Source of the DNA: an uncultured delta proteobacterium
GTDB lineage: Bacteria; Desulfobacterota; WTBG01
DNA length: 64,000 nt
Direction of reading: 5' to 3'
Assembly (NCBI GenBank): GCA_963793865.1
Contig: CAWCBP010000004.1
Location: 192,001 to 256,000 of the forward strand
The position numbers were made by a program, and so were the translations under genes. Positions 53,054 through 63,952 of the stretch are shown piece by piece (positions within the stretch are counted from its first letter, which is position 1; each line of letters starts with the position of its first letter). The notes under the pieces were generated by a model. It saw only the letters and a list, made by a program, of their open reading frames with translations. It was not told the origin of the DNA and ran no database searches.

Positions 53054-53515
53054 ATGAAACTTCATTGCGCAAATAACAACAAGGGCTTTACCGTGGTTGA
53101 ACTGATGGTTGCGGTGGTCATAACCGTCATTGCCTTTGCCGGGCTTGCCACCATGGAAATCGCCTGCATCAACGGCAATTCCATCGCCAGCAATGTTACC
53201 ACCGGCATCACCCTGGCCCAGGACAAGATGGAAGATCTGATGAGCCTCGACATCAATGACCCTGACCTGGACGACAACAACATCAGCAACAACGGAGATT
53301 TGCGGGAGGGGGTCGAGGATTTCTCCTCCGTGGGCAGCGCGGCCACTGCCGATGACGGACACCGGGAAGAAAATATTGACGCGAAGGGGAATCCGGGTGG
53401 CATGTACACCCGCTTCTGGAACGTTGCCGAGGACACACCGATTGACGGGCAAAAAACCCTGGTGGTGATCGTGACCTGGCGGGACAGCATGGTTACCGTG
53501 TCTTCAATCATTTAA
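53054..53515 (+). CDS. pilV: Type IV minor pilin PilV-like
   Basis: KG|FTVVELMVAVV; LAQDKMEDL; VIVTW; operon position. Confidence 0.75.
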   Translation: MKLHCANNNKGFTVVELMVAVVITVIAFAGLATMEIACINGNSIASNVTTGITLAQDKMEDLMSLDINDPDLDDNNISNNGDLREGVEDFSSVGSAATADDGHREENIDAKGNPGGMYTRFWNVAEDTPIDGQKTLVVIVTWRDSMVTVSSII

Positions 53516-53575
53516 TAACCAGGAATTATGGAGGGCCACGCTCCGTCGTGGCCGCGGTTTACGAAAAGGGGCGCA

Positions 53576-54376
53576 ATGATGAAAAATAATCATCTGAGCA
53601 ACAGGGAAAAGGGAATCAGCCTGGTCGAGCTGATGATCGTGACCGCCCTGCTGGGGCTGGTGATGGCCGGCATGTATAACATGTTCGTCCACCAGCAGAA
53701 AAGCTATTCCGTGCAGGACCATGTGTCGGCAATGCAGCAGAACGCGAGGGTGGGTCTCGAATACATGGTGAAAGACATCCGCATGGCCGGGTATGTTCCT
53801 GAAAGAATACCCTTTGATGCGTTCGATCCTCCCGTGCCAGAACCGAAGAAACCAGCCCCCGGGGCGGATGTGGCGGGACAGCCCTTCACCGACGGTGACG
53901 ACGAGGACATTGAAGAGGCCACTGCCACCAGCATCACCTTCCAGGCCGACATCGATAATGATGCCAAAACCGAAACAGTCCGTTACGCGCTCAATGGAAC
54001 GGACCTCACCATGGAGGTGTGGGAGTGGAATGCCGCTGTTTCAAGCTGGGGCGGCAGCACAGGCTCTCAAGTCATAGCGCAGGACATCGAGAACCTGGCC
54101 TTTACCTACATCGTCCTGTCTGACGATTACGGCGTCAATAACGATACGGATGATGACGGCAATGACGGCGCGGACGAAGAGGGCGAACTCAAGACCTGGA
54201 ATATCGGCACCGACGGCGCCCTGGGCAACGCGCAGCGCAGGCACATACGGCAGGTATCCATCACCATGAACGCGAGGGCGGCGGCCAAAGATCCCGTCTA
54301 CATTGACCCGGTCGTGGGAGACCACTACCGGAGGCGTGCGCTCACTTCAAACATTAATTTGCGCAATATTACATGA
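53576..54376 (+). CDS. pilW: Type IV minor pilin PilW-like
   Basis: KG|ISLVELMIV; QQNAR..DIRMAGY; IENLAFTY; INLRN end. Confidence 0.8.
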   Translation: MMKNNHLSNREKGISLVELMIVTALLGLVMAGMYNMFVHQQKSYSVQDHVSAMQQNARVGLEYMVKDIRMAGYVPERIPFDAFDPPVPEPKKPAPGADVAGQPFTDGDDEDIEEATATSITFQADIDNDAKTETVRYALNGTDLTMEVWEWNAAVSSWGGSTGSQVIAQDIENLAFTYIVLSDDYGVNNDTDDDGNDGADEEGELKTWNIGTDGALGNAQRRHIRQVSITMNARAAAKDPVYIDPVVGDHYRRRALTSNINLRNIT

Positions 54377-54382
54377 TATAAA

Positions 54383-54575
54383 CCCCCTCACCCTAACCCT
54401 CTCCCCGGAGGGTAGAGGGGACAAAGTTTTTTCGATTATCGCAGGGGGTAAAGGAAATTAATGTACGTCCCCTCTCGCACGAGGGAAAAAAATTAATACC
54501 TTCCTCCTCTCACCTGAGGAACAAGAAATCAAACTTTCCCCCTCTCCCCCGGGGGAGAGGGTTGGGGTGAGGGGG
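54383..54575. repeat. Inverted pair of BoxC-like repeats with degenerate internal copies
   Basis: CCCCCTCACCCTAACCCTCTCCCCGGAGGGTAGAGGGGAC (54383-54422) and inverted TCCCCCTCTCCCCCGGGGGAGAGGGTTGGGGTGAGGGGG (to 54575). Confidence 0.8.
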
Positions 54576-54604
54576 AAAACACCGTATTGCGAGGAGAACA
54601 CACC

Positions 54605-55168
54605 ATGGTAAGCAAATCAGAAAAAGAGAGCGGCGCCATCATCGTGGTTGCTGTTTTTGTCACCCTGGCACTGACAGTGCTCGGGGCCCTTGCCAGCATG
54701 CTCACCGATGTGGAGCTGGACATCGCCCGCAATGACCGTTTCGGCAAGGAGGCCTTTTTCGTTACCGATGCCGGCATTCCACTTGCCAGCCGGGTGGTGC
54801 GGGATATAGCCATGAATGAAGTGATCAACACCTCGGATTACCCGGGCATAACGCTGGATACTAATTTAATAAATGAGGTGAGGAATTACTACGAGGGCAA
54901 CGCAAGCTTAAATGACAAGCCCACTGACACCTCCACCTACCATCCCGACCTGGTGACCTCGGTTCTGGAAAGAAACGTGGGCGTTGACATCGACTGGAGG
55001 GTAAAAAAAGTCGGACCCGGCGGCTCGCTGCTGTTCGCCATGGGCTATGAAGGCATCGGCGCGGACCGCAGCCATGGAGGGGTAAAATTCTACTATGACG
55101 TCAAATCAACCGGCTATGCCCCGGGCAACGTTGCCGCGCGCATCAGCGCTGTGTATCTCTATCAGTAG
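54605..55168 (+). CDS. pilX: Type IV minor pilin PilX-like
   Basis: SG|AIIVVAVFV lacking Glu5 as typical for PilX; ARND..AFFVTDAGI; lies before pilY1. Confidence 0.75.
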   Translation: MVSKSEKESGAIIVVAVFVTLALTVLGALASMLTDVELDIARNDRFGKEAFFVTDAGIPLASRVVRDIAMNEVINTSDYPGITLDTNLINEVRNYYEGNASLNDKPTDTSTYHPDLVTSVLERNVGVDIDWRVKKVGPGGSLLFAMGYEGIGADRSHGGVKFYYDVKSTGYAPGNVAARISAVYLYQ

Positions 55169-55181
55169 AGGAGCTTATACC

Positions 55182-58100
55182 ATGAAAAAAACCTGGCTGG
55201 TATTTCTGTCATTTACCCTGCTTTTGCTGCCGGGTACGGCATCGGCACAAAAAAAGAAAACCACAACCACAACTTCGATAATTACTACCACTACGACATC
55301 AATTGCCATTTCGACCACCACCTCGGAAATCAGCTCGACGACCACCTCTGAAACCGGCTCGACCAGCACCATTGCAGCGAGCACAACCACCACCGCGCCG
55401 CCAAGCTCAACCTCCACCATAGCCAGCTCGACGACGACGACGGCAAGCGCCACAACCACAACCCCGTTCTCACCCGGCACACACTCCATGACGGAGTACA
55501 CCTGCTACCCCATCTTTACCGCCAACACCGTTAAGCCGAATATACTCATCCTGCTGGATAACTCCGGCAACATGAACATGATGGCCTATGGCTATGATGA
55601 GGAAGGATACTACTATCCCAATGATTACAACCCCACCATAACCTACTACGGATATTTCAACACCGCGAAAAAATATACCTATACCGGCGAGTTTGACATT
55701 AACGCGGCCGGAACCTGGGACGGCAATTTCCTGAACTGGCTCACCATGAGGCGGGTTGACATCATGCGGAAGGTGCTGGTGGGGGGACTTGCCACCTCGA
55801 GAACGGGGGGAGGCAATACCAAGCTCTTTGGTGAGGTTCCGAGTTCCGACCAGGACCATCACAAATTTTTTAAATTTGACTCCGATTCAGGGAGCTACAG
55901 CCCCTATAACGGCAACTATGTCTTTAAGATTTCAAATGGCAATATCGAGGTTTACCAGATCGACACGCCGGCCAACTTTGACCACGACGCCGACTTCAAG
56001 ATGTACTGCAATCCCTATGACGGGCACGACGCCCAGTTTGAGGATATGGAATTCAAGTATACCGGCGCTATAAACCAGGACGGGAAGTCTTATAATGTCC
56101 ATCCCCGAAAAGGGAGTGAGCTGAACGGGGCCTGTGACTATAATACCTATGATGATACCACGACACTTACCACGCTCACCTATGTCACCTCCCTTCAGAT
56201 TAATATAGACAAGTCGGCGGCAGAGGAGCCCGAATCCTTCATCGATGGAAATATTGCCGGCATCATGCAGAAGATCGATGAAAAAGCCCGCTTCGGCACC
56301 TCCTGGTTCAACAGGGATGGATCAAAATACGAACTGGGCGGGGGGGCCCTTGATGGTGCTACCATTTCCAAATACATCGGCGGAAATTTAACCGACATGA
56401 TTACCACCGTTGAGAACCAGCCCTGCGACACCTACACCCCCCTGGCGGAAGGCTTGTATGAAGATGTGAATTACTACCGGCAGGTCGATCCCGCTTACGC
56501 GCCGGGAGACTATTCGGGCCACGACCCCTTTGATTATCCCGGGACGGAGTGCGGTAACAACTTTGTTCTGATCGTCACCAGCGGCGAATCCACCATGGAC
56601 CGGAATATTCCTACGGAGCTGCAGGACTATGACGGTGATGGCAACGACGTCGACTTCACCGATTATCCAGCATACGGGTCTGATTACCTGGATGATGTGG
56701 CCCTCTGGGCAAATACCAATGATATGCGGCCCGATATAGACGGCTTCAATAATGTCATCACCTATGTAGTCTTTGCCTTTGGTGAGAACTCCACGCAGCT
56801 TATCGATACGGCCAAGAACGGAGGGTTTATCGACAAGAACAGCAATAAGCGCCCCGACCTCGACTCGGAGTGGGACGCCAACAACGACGGCTTGCCCGAC
56901 AACTACTTTGAGGCATCACAGGGAAGTAATCTGGAGGCGAAGATCCTGGAGGCAATCACCGCCATGCTGCAGCGCGCGGCCTCAGGCACGGCGGTTTCGC
57001 TTCTATCAACCTCGGCGGAAGGCGAAGGCTCTCTCTTCCAGGCCTTCTTCAAGCCGCGGTTCTTTGACAACATGAGGCTGATCAAGTGGGTGGGATACCT
57101 CAACTCCCTCTGGGTTGACCCCTACGGAAACATGCGCGAAGACACGGACCATGATAACGCCATGGTCTATAAAGAAGATACCATCATCAAATTCGACATC
57201 GACTCCGCGACCGGGGACACGGCCATCAAGCGCTATCGCGACAGCGACGGCGACGGCAGGGCGGACGTAACCGCGCCCGCGACCGAGCCCGTTCCCTTCG
57301 AAACCGCGCCCATGGAAGAAATAGAACCCCAGTGGGAGGCGGGAAAAATACTGGCCCAGCGCTCTGCCTCAACCAGGACCATCAAGACCTGGATCGATCC
57401 CAACGGCAACGGCGAGGTGGACGGCGGGGAGGTAATAGATTTTACTTCCGCCAATGCCGACAAGCTCCGTCCCTTCCTGGACGTGGATACGGTTGACGAA
57501 GCGGAAGACCTGATCAACTTTATCCGGGGTGAAGAGGTAGCAGGACACCGGGACAGGAATGTAACCATCAATGGAACCGAGTATGTCTGGAAGCTGGGCG
57601 ATATCGTCTATTCCACTCCCACGGTGGTGGGAAAGCCCATGGAGATGTACAACCTCTATTACAGCGACGTCAGCTATTCGGAGTACTATGCCCTCTGGAA
57701 AAACAGGGGCGTCACGGTGTATGTGGGCGCCAATGACGGCATGCTCCACGCCTTCAAGGCGGGTACGTTCCATGAGGGAGACAACCCCTCAACCCTGGAT
57801 GAGGAGCATGGCTGGTATACATCCAGCGAGGATCCGGCTACGTCGGGAGACCTCGGCGATGAGCGCTGGGCCTTTATCCCATTTAACCTCCTTCCCCACC
57901 TCAGGTGGCTCCGTGAACCTGAATACACCCATGTCTACTATGTTGACTTGAAGCCAAAGGTCACCGACGTGCGCATATTCAATGATGACAGCAACCATCC
58001 CAATGGCTGGGGCACCATCCTCATCGGCGGCATGCGGCTGGGCGGCGGAGAGTACACGCTTTCAGAAGACTTCGATGGGGACGGCACCGTCGAGCCGGTT

Positions 58101-59293
58101 GAAGGAAGCCCCGGCAAGCCGCTTCCCTGGGCCTTCCGCTCCGCGTATTTCGTGCTCGACATAACCGTGCCCAACAACCCGGTCTTCCTGGGAGAATTTA
58201 CGGACGACGATCTCAACTTCACCACCTCCTATCCCGCCATCTCCAGGCTGGAGGCCAGCAAGGGATTTCAGAATCCCGAGGATGACGAATGGTACGTCAT
58301 AGTGGGGTCCGGCCCACCAGCTGCGATGGTGCCGGCGCCGCGAACGGCTATCTCATGGTGTACGACCTCAACACCATGCAGCAGGTCCAAAAAACAGCAA
58401 CTGCTGAGGGTGACGCATTCCTGGCCGATCCCATAACCATTGACATTAACCTCAATTACAACACAGAGGTTATGTACATAGGGGAAACGTATGACGCCGG
58501 CACACTGGGAAAGATGTACCGTTTAAGCCCCTGCAACAGTGATGACCCGGCGGTTTTCTCCTACAAGCACAATCCGGCGGTAGACCCCTGGCCCATGACC
58601 AGCCTGTTCAGCTCGCCCCGGCCCATTACCGCCTCCCCGACTGCCTCCCTCGATGAGGATGAAAACGTGTGGGTGTACTTCGGTACCGGGAAATACATAA
58701 GCGAGGCTGACAAGTCGGACACGTCCCAGCAGTATTTCTTCGGCATCAAGGACCCCTGCCAGTGGGGTAATTGCGACCCGGTTGCCGACGAGATACAGAT
58801 GGCCGATCTCTACAATTCCACCAACATCCACGTGCTCACCAACAAGGAAGTTCAGGGCGCAGCCTCGACCACCTGGGATGAATTCGTGGAAGAGGTTCAG
58901 GCCACGGACGGATGGTATTACACCCTGGCTGCCGGCGGAGAGCGGGTGCTTAACCGGCCGAGCATCCTGGGAGGCGTGGTCCTGACCGCCCCCTTCATTC
59001 CTGATAACGACATCTGCGGCTTTGGCGGTACCGGTTCGCTTTATGCCTTCTATTTCGAAACCGGCTCTGCCTACTATGAACCCATCCTGGGGACTCAGAC
59101 CTCCGGGGATGATGAGGAGAGCATCGTACGGGTTGAGCTGGATAAAGGCATAACCTCGGCGATCGGTCTCCACGTGGGTAAGAAAGTTGAAAGCACCGGC
59201 TTCATCCAGCAGGGCAGCGGCGAGGTCATCCAGGTTGAGGTGGATCCCGCCCTCGACGTAAAGAGCGGCCTTGTGGGATGGCAACAGTACTAA
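55182..59293 (+). CDS. pilY1: PilY1/PilC-type pilus tip adhesin; frameshift at ~58313
   Basis: Signal peptide, Thr/Ser tract, vWA-like ILLDNSGNM and TPLAE; propeller motifs LGDIVYSTP, YVGANDGMLHAF, ERWAFIP, WVYFGTGKY, GWYY, GERV; one extra C joins the two ORFs. Confidence 0.88.
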
Positions 59294-59306
59294 AAAGGAG
59301 AGCACG

Positions 59307-59678
59307 ATGATGAAACGAATACTGCTGGCGGTAATTGTCATGGGCATGATCTGCGGAATAGGCAGCGCGGCAGACCGTTCTGATAACAGCTCATTCACCG
59401 GCCTGGTAAAAGACGCCCTTGACGCCCTCATGGATACAGATGCACTGGTATTGGATGAAAAGGGAGAGGATGAGGACTATTTTCTCTTCTGCTCAAGGAG
59501 GCTTGACGTCACCTCGAGCACCATCATTAAGAATGAGTGGGGGCGGGTGATTTCATATGACCGTGTTCCCATACCCTGCCAGGCCATGGTGAGCTATTAC
59601 AAGAAACCGAAGACTCAGTACCGCTACGTCGCCTTGACCATTCAGGTGCTGGGAGAGCCGCAGCCACATCCCGAGTAA
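59307..59678 (+). CDS. Hypothetical exported protein at the end of the pilin operon
   Basis: AAGGAG SD, Sec-type signal peptide, no prepilin motif. Confidence 0.7.
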   Translation: MMKRILLAVIVMGMICGIGSAADRSDNSSFTGLVKDALDALMDTDALVLDEKGEDEDYFLFCSRRLDVTSSTIIKNEWGRVISYDRVPIPCQAMVSYYKKPKTQYRYVALTIQVLGEPQPHPE

Positions 59679-59708
59679 CCATAAAGGGCGATTCTCTGAA
59701 TTCTTTGG

Positions 59709-59738
59709 AGGCAGGGCCTTATCAGGTCCTGCCTTTTT
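59709..59738 (+). terminator. Intrinsic terminator of the pilin operon
   Basis: AGGCAGGGCCT-TATC-AGGTCCTGCCT-TTTT. Confidence 0.75.
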
Positions 59739-59772
59739 CATACAAGAAAAGCCAGATTCTTCGCTTTTCTGT

Positions 59773-59842
59773 GTCATCCCCGCGGAAGCGGGGATCCAGT
59801 CTGTTATCCACACTGTAGGGGCGACCGGCTGGTCGCCTCTAC
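59773..59842 (+). repeat. Composite repeat: family D hairpin plus family B REP
   Basis: GTCATCCCCGCGGAAGCGGGGATCCAG then GTAGGGGCGACCGGCTGGTCGCCTCTAC; same order and similar spacer as 36980-37043. Confidence 0.85.
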
Positions 59843-59973
59843 GTTTGCACGGCCTGCCTTTGCTTCTTTAAAATATAAAGTATTATCCCCGCCTTTCCGA
59901 TAAAGATACCTGTAGAAGAACGTTCCATCATACCGCCATTCCCCTCGGGAACTACTAAGACATTTGGTGTTCA

Positions 59974-60022
59974 GTAGGAGCGCATTCATGCGCGATGACT
60001 TCGCGGCTCAAGCCGCTCCTAC
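59974..60022 (+). repeat. REP-like element family A
   Basis: GTAGGAGCGCATTCATGCGCGATGACTTCGCGGCTCAAGCCGCTCCTAC. Confidence 0.85.
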
Positions 60023-60068
60023 CGCTCATAGTTGCATTTAAGAATCCACACAGTCTTATGTTCGGTAC

Positions 60069-62171
60069 ATGCAAACACCATCCCTGATCGAAATAAAAGA
60101 ACAGACATCCGCTGATGTCAGGCTGCTGAGCAACGCCATTACCGCGCTCAACATCTCTCGGCACAAGGCAGGGATGTACCCGCAGGGGCATCCGGCAATA
60201 GAAACATCACTGCGGAGGGCATTTGACGCCTTGCAGAAGCTTTTCGAGGAGAAAGGGAACATCACCCTGGCAGCGGCGAAAGATCTCCTTTTTGCCGATG
60301 ATTGCCCGCTTGATAAAAACAACCCTGCCTACAGGGAGTTTGCCCTCTGCCTGAGCAACAGAAGTATCGCCCTGGTAATCCTGGCCGACGGTCTGACCGC
60401 GCAGGAACTTTACGCCTTTCATCGCTTCCTCGCCGCGGACCCGGGAGAGGCCTCGCCCGCGGAGATGGAGGAGGAATTTAAAAACTGCGGCCTGTCCCAT
60501 ATCAAAGCGGAATTCATTGACTACGAGGTCTTCTCATTCACTGAGGGGAAAGCTGAAGAGGACAAGCCCAGGCAGGGCCTTTGGACACTGCATGTGCAGG
60601 AATTGTTCAAAGGAACCTCACGCCCGGAAAGCCGCAGGGTTATTCGATCCATCCCCCCGGAAGACCTTTCCTGCCTGATCAATGAAACCGATAATGCCCA
60701 GCTCACAGACGACGCCTGTGACCGGGTTATGGCATCGTACCTCTCGCCGTCTTTAGAAAAGGCATCCTGGGTCACGGATCTCAACAAGCTGATTAAATTT
60801 ATCAACCGGCTGCGCCCCGAGCTGAAAGAGCAGCTTCTCTCCTCTTCCCTGCGCGCCTTACCGGGGGACATAAACCCCGGTGACGAAATACCCGGGGCGT
60901 TTGATGTGGACGAAGCTATTGCCCTGCTCGATTCCATTAATGAAAACCAGATTGCCATACCCGAAGCCATCAAAAATCTTATTGAAAAATTTTCAACCCT
61001 TTCAACCGCTGGGCTTGAAGGGCGCATGTCCAACAGCGAGCTTATCATTGACGACATACCCCTTCCCTATGAAATTACCCCCATGTCGGCTGAAGACGAG
61101 TTCAGGAAATTTGTCACCGACACCTACACCCGGGAGCTGGAGGCGCTGCGCGCCTGTGACGCCGGAGACAGCAAGGCATCGTCAGCGGAGCAGCAGGATC
61201 AGGACTGGGACGAGGAAACATTCGAGAGGGACTTTAACCAGATACTCCTGGAGCTCATCTCCTTCGGCCGGGAAGACTTCATCAACCAGCAGGATTATGA
61301 ATATTTCAAGAGTCTCCTCAAGGAGCAGGTGGAGCACTTTATCGGGACCGGGCAGTATGCCCAGGTTATAAAAATCCTGAGCATTGCGCGTCCGGAAGCG
61401 GGTAACGCCGGCTCTGAGCTTTCGGACCTGAACGTTGTAACACCGGAAACTGCCGGCGCCCTGGTTGACTCGTTCCGGATCGTGGGGGGGCAGCACCGGG
61501 AGGACGCGCTGCGGCTGTGCAGGCTTTTCGGGAACAGGATCGTTCCGCCGCTCATGGAGGCGATTATCAGCGAGAGTTCACGAAAAACCAGAAAGTTTCT
61601 CCTGGACCTGGCAGTGCATATAGCCGACGAGGCTGTCCCTGAAGCAATACGGCACCTCAGCGACACCCGGTGGTACGTAAAGCGGAACATGCTGTTTATT
61701 CTGAGCGAGTCCGGCAGCAGGGAAGCGATCTCCACTGTCAAGCCTTATTGCTACAATGACAACCTCAGGGTCTGTTTTTACGCCGTGAAATACCTCCTCA
61801 GGGCGGAAATGAGCTGCGGCCTTGAAGCGCTCACGCATCACATCCGTTCACAGGCGGAAGATAAAGTGGAAATGGCGCTGCGCCTGGCGACCACGCTCGG
61901 CATTACCGAGATTGTTCCGGAACTGATCGCCCAGCTCAGGTCAATGGACAAAAGCGTGGCCGACCTGGATAAAAAGATTGCCATCGTCAGGGCCCTCGGC
62001 CAGATGGGGGATCCGCGGGCCCTTAATACCCTCAAGGCCATCCTTCACACCAGAAGCCTTTTTTTCAGGGATCCGCTCAAGAGATTGAAGGAAGAGGTGG
62101 CGCGAACGCTTAAGAACTACCCGCCCCAAGACGTCGGTATGATGATAAGCTCATTCCTGGAAAGAAGCTGA
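60069..62171 (+). CDS. HEAT-repeat domain protein
   Basis: C-terminal HEAT-like helices (LSDTRWYVKRN, VRALGQMGDPRAL); N-terminal YPQGHPAI domain. Confidence 0.8.
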   Translation: MQTPSLIEIKEQTSADVRLLSNAITALNISRHKAGMYPQGHPAIETSLRRAFDALQKLFEEKGNITLAAAKDLLFADDCPLDKNNPAYREFALCLSNRSIALVILADGLTAQELYAFHRFLAADPGEASPAEMEEEFKNCGLSHIKAEFIDYEVFSFTEGKAEEDKPRQGLWTLHVQELFKGTSRPESRRVIRSIPPEDLSCLINETDNAQLTDDACDRVMASYLSPSLEKASWVTDLNKLIKFINRLRPELKEQLLSSSLRALPGDINPGDEIPGAFDVDEAIALLDSINENQIAIPEAIKNLIEKFSTLSTAGLEGRMSNSELIIDDIPLPYEITPMSAEDEFRKFVTDTYTRELEALRACDAGDSKASSAEQQDQDWDEETFERDFNQILLELISFGREDFINQQDYEYFKSLLKEQVEHFIGTGQYAQVIKILSIARPEAGNAGSELSDLNVVTPETAGALVDSFRIVGGQHREDALRLCRLFGNRIVPPLMEAIISESSRKTRKFLLDLAVHIADEAVPEAIRHLSDTRWYVKRNMLFILSESGSREAISTVKPYCYNDNLRVCFYAVKYLLRAEMSCGLEALTHHIRSQAEDKVEMALRLATTLGITEIVPELIAQLRSMDKSVADLDKKIAIVRALGQMGDPRALNTLKAILHTRSLFFRDPLKRLKEEVARTLKNYPPQDVGMMISSFLERS

Positions 62172-62189
62172 TCAAGAGGAGCGCGTACA

Positions 62190-63326
62190 TTGGAAATTGA
62201 AACCGGGAAGCTGCCCGGCCGGGCAAAAAAATTTGTCACCGCCCTGAATATCGCCATCGCAAACTGCCAGCTCTATTCGAGGGAGCACGCCCTGATTGAA
62301 GAGTCCGGCGGGCGGACCTTTTCCATCCTCAGCGAATTGCTGGGTGACCCGGTGGAAATGATGGTAATAGACGAAGAGCTGGTTGTCAACAAGGTGCCCA
62401 TGAGAGATGCGGGCGTGCAGTCCAATAATCTGGTAAGGCGCTTCGCCAGAAAGGGCATCTCCCGGGTTGACTTCCTGTCGGGCATAACCCCCGCCGAATT
62501 CAACCATTTTATCAGTGACCTCTCACAGCCTGACAGCTCCGTCAGCGCCTACCCTCACATCAGGACCGGGCTGGTTGAGGTCGGAACCGGCAGGTTAAAA
62601 ACAGAGGACCCGGTCACGCTGAGCAATCTGCCGCAATTCAGGGAATTGCAGATTGAGCAGCTCAGGGTTGCCTATAAGAATCTCACCCCTTCGAAGCAGC
62701 TCAAAATGGGCGAGCTCGAGAACATGGTGGCACGGTTTGTGGCAACCATCGGCCGGGAGATAGGCATTCTCAAGCTGCTGAGTCCGGTCAAGTCCTACAG
62801 CAATTATACCTATGTTCACTCTATCAACGTTTCAATTCTCTCTATTTTTCAGGCCGAGTCGCTGGGCATGTCCGGCAAAATGCTCCACGACATCGGCCTG
62901 GCCGCACTGCTGCACGACGTGGGCAAGCTGTTTATCCCCCGGGAAATACTTGAGAAGAAAGGAACGCTTGACGAAAGCGAGTTTACGGCCATGAGCAACC
63001 ATCCCGCTTACGGCACCGCTTACCTTGCCAGGATCAACGGACTTGCCAGAATAGCCCCCATCGTGGCCTTTGAACATCACCGGAAGTATGACGGCACGGG
63101 ATACCCGAAGCTGAAGATGGGCGCAAAACAGCAGCACCCGGGAAGCCAGATCGTGGCCATCGCCGATGTCTTTGATGCCCTGCGCAGCTGGAGGCCCTAC
63201 CGGAAAAGCCTGGAGATGAATGAAGTGCTGGCAATCATGAAAAAGGGGGCGGGAACGGACTTTAACCCTCTCCTGGTCGATAATTTCATCAGCGCTTTCA
63301 TGAAGGCCACAAAAAGGGAAGGATAG
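62190..63326 (+). CDS. HD-GYP domain phosphodiesterase
   Basis: HSINV, LLHDVGK, HHRKYDGTGYP, IADVFDAL, RPYRK. Confidence 0.92.
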   Translation: MEIETGKLPGRAKKFVTALNIAIANCQLYSREHALIEESGGRTFSILSELLGDPVEMMVIDEELVVNKVPMRDAGVQSNNLVRRFARKGISRVDFLSGITPAEFNHFISDLSQPDSSVSAYPHIRTGLVEVGTGRLKTEDPVTLSNLPQFRELQIEQLRVAYKNLTPSKQLKMGELENMVARFVATIGREIGILKLLSPVKSYSNYTYVHSINVSILSIFQAESLGMSGKMLHDIGLAALLHDVGKLFIPREILEKKGTLDESEFTAMSNHPAYGTAYLARINGLARIAPIVAFEHHRKYDGTGYPKLKMGAKQQHPGSQIVAIADVFDALRSWRPYRKSLEMNEVLAIMKKGAGTDFNPLLVDNFISAFMKATKREG

Positions 63327-63452
63327 CTCAAGGATTGCACCCTGGCGAAAAAGCAGAACGGGGCAAAAAGGCCGGGCCTTGTCAGGCCTCGGTGCTCTTT
63401 GCCCCGTTCGGGGTACAATCTTGATTTTTCTTACAGCAGAAGCGTTAGAACC

Positions 63453-63710
63453 TTACTCCGAATCTTTTGAGAAATCTCCGGAGCCGAAGTGGTCGACATG
63501 ATGCTTCATACCGATAATGTGAATCTGCCTGGTCCCGTCCTTGCGTGAAATACCCAAAATGGATTCATCGTTGACAGGGATAAAATTCTCATTGTCCCCT
63601 TCAAAATATTTCATTTCCGTCTGACCTTCCTTGACGAAATAGCTGCTGACCTTCACGTCGTAGTCATCCGGAACCGACTTCAGATGCTCCTTTAATTCTT
63701 TCAGTTTCAT
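63453..63710 (-). CDS. Hypothetical protein
   Basis: 85-aa ORF with AGGAGG SD; no recognisable motif. Confidence 0.65.
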   Translation of the reverse strand: MKLKELKEHLKSVPDDYDVKVSSYFVKEGQTEMKYFEGDNENFIPVNDESILGISRKDGTRQIHIIGMKHHVDHFGSGDFSKDSE

Positions 63711-63875
63711 AGCCGCCTCCTGTGAATTATTATTTTAATATCCTTTGCATATACGAAACAATGTAACATTGTCAATCAAAATAAGCGCCGGCACGATGCC
63801 TTTGCCGGAGTCCTACTATCATTTTCATAAGTTTAACCCTCATTGCTCAATCCGTATCAGTAATAGGATTTGTTA

Positions 63876-63904
63876 TTGACAAATGGTTGACTGCGGGGTA
63901 TATT
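63876..63904 (+). promoter_or_regulatory. Predicted sigma70 promoter
   Basis: TTGACA-17 nt-TATATT. Confidence 0.65.
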
Positions 63905-63952
63905 CCCCATCCAATTCGAAAGCGGGTTTCCATACATCTCAGGAGGGCAATT

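Noticed and set aside
63789..63806. GGCACG...TTGC as a sigma54 promoter
   Set aside because: GG-to-GC spacing is 12 rather than the required 10
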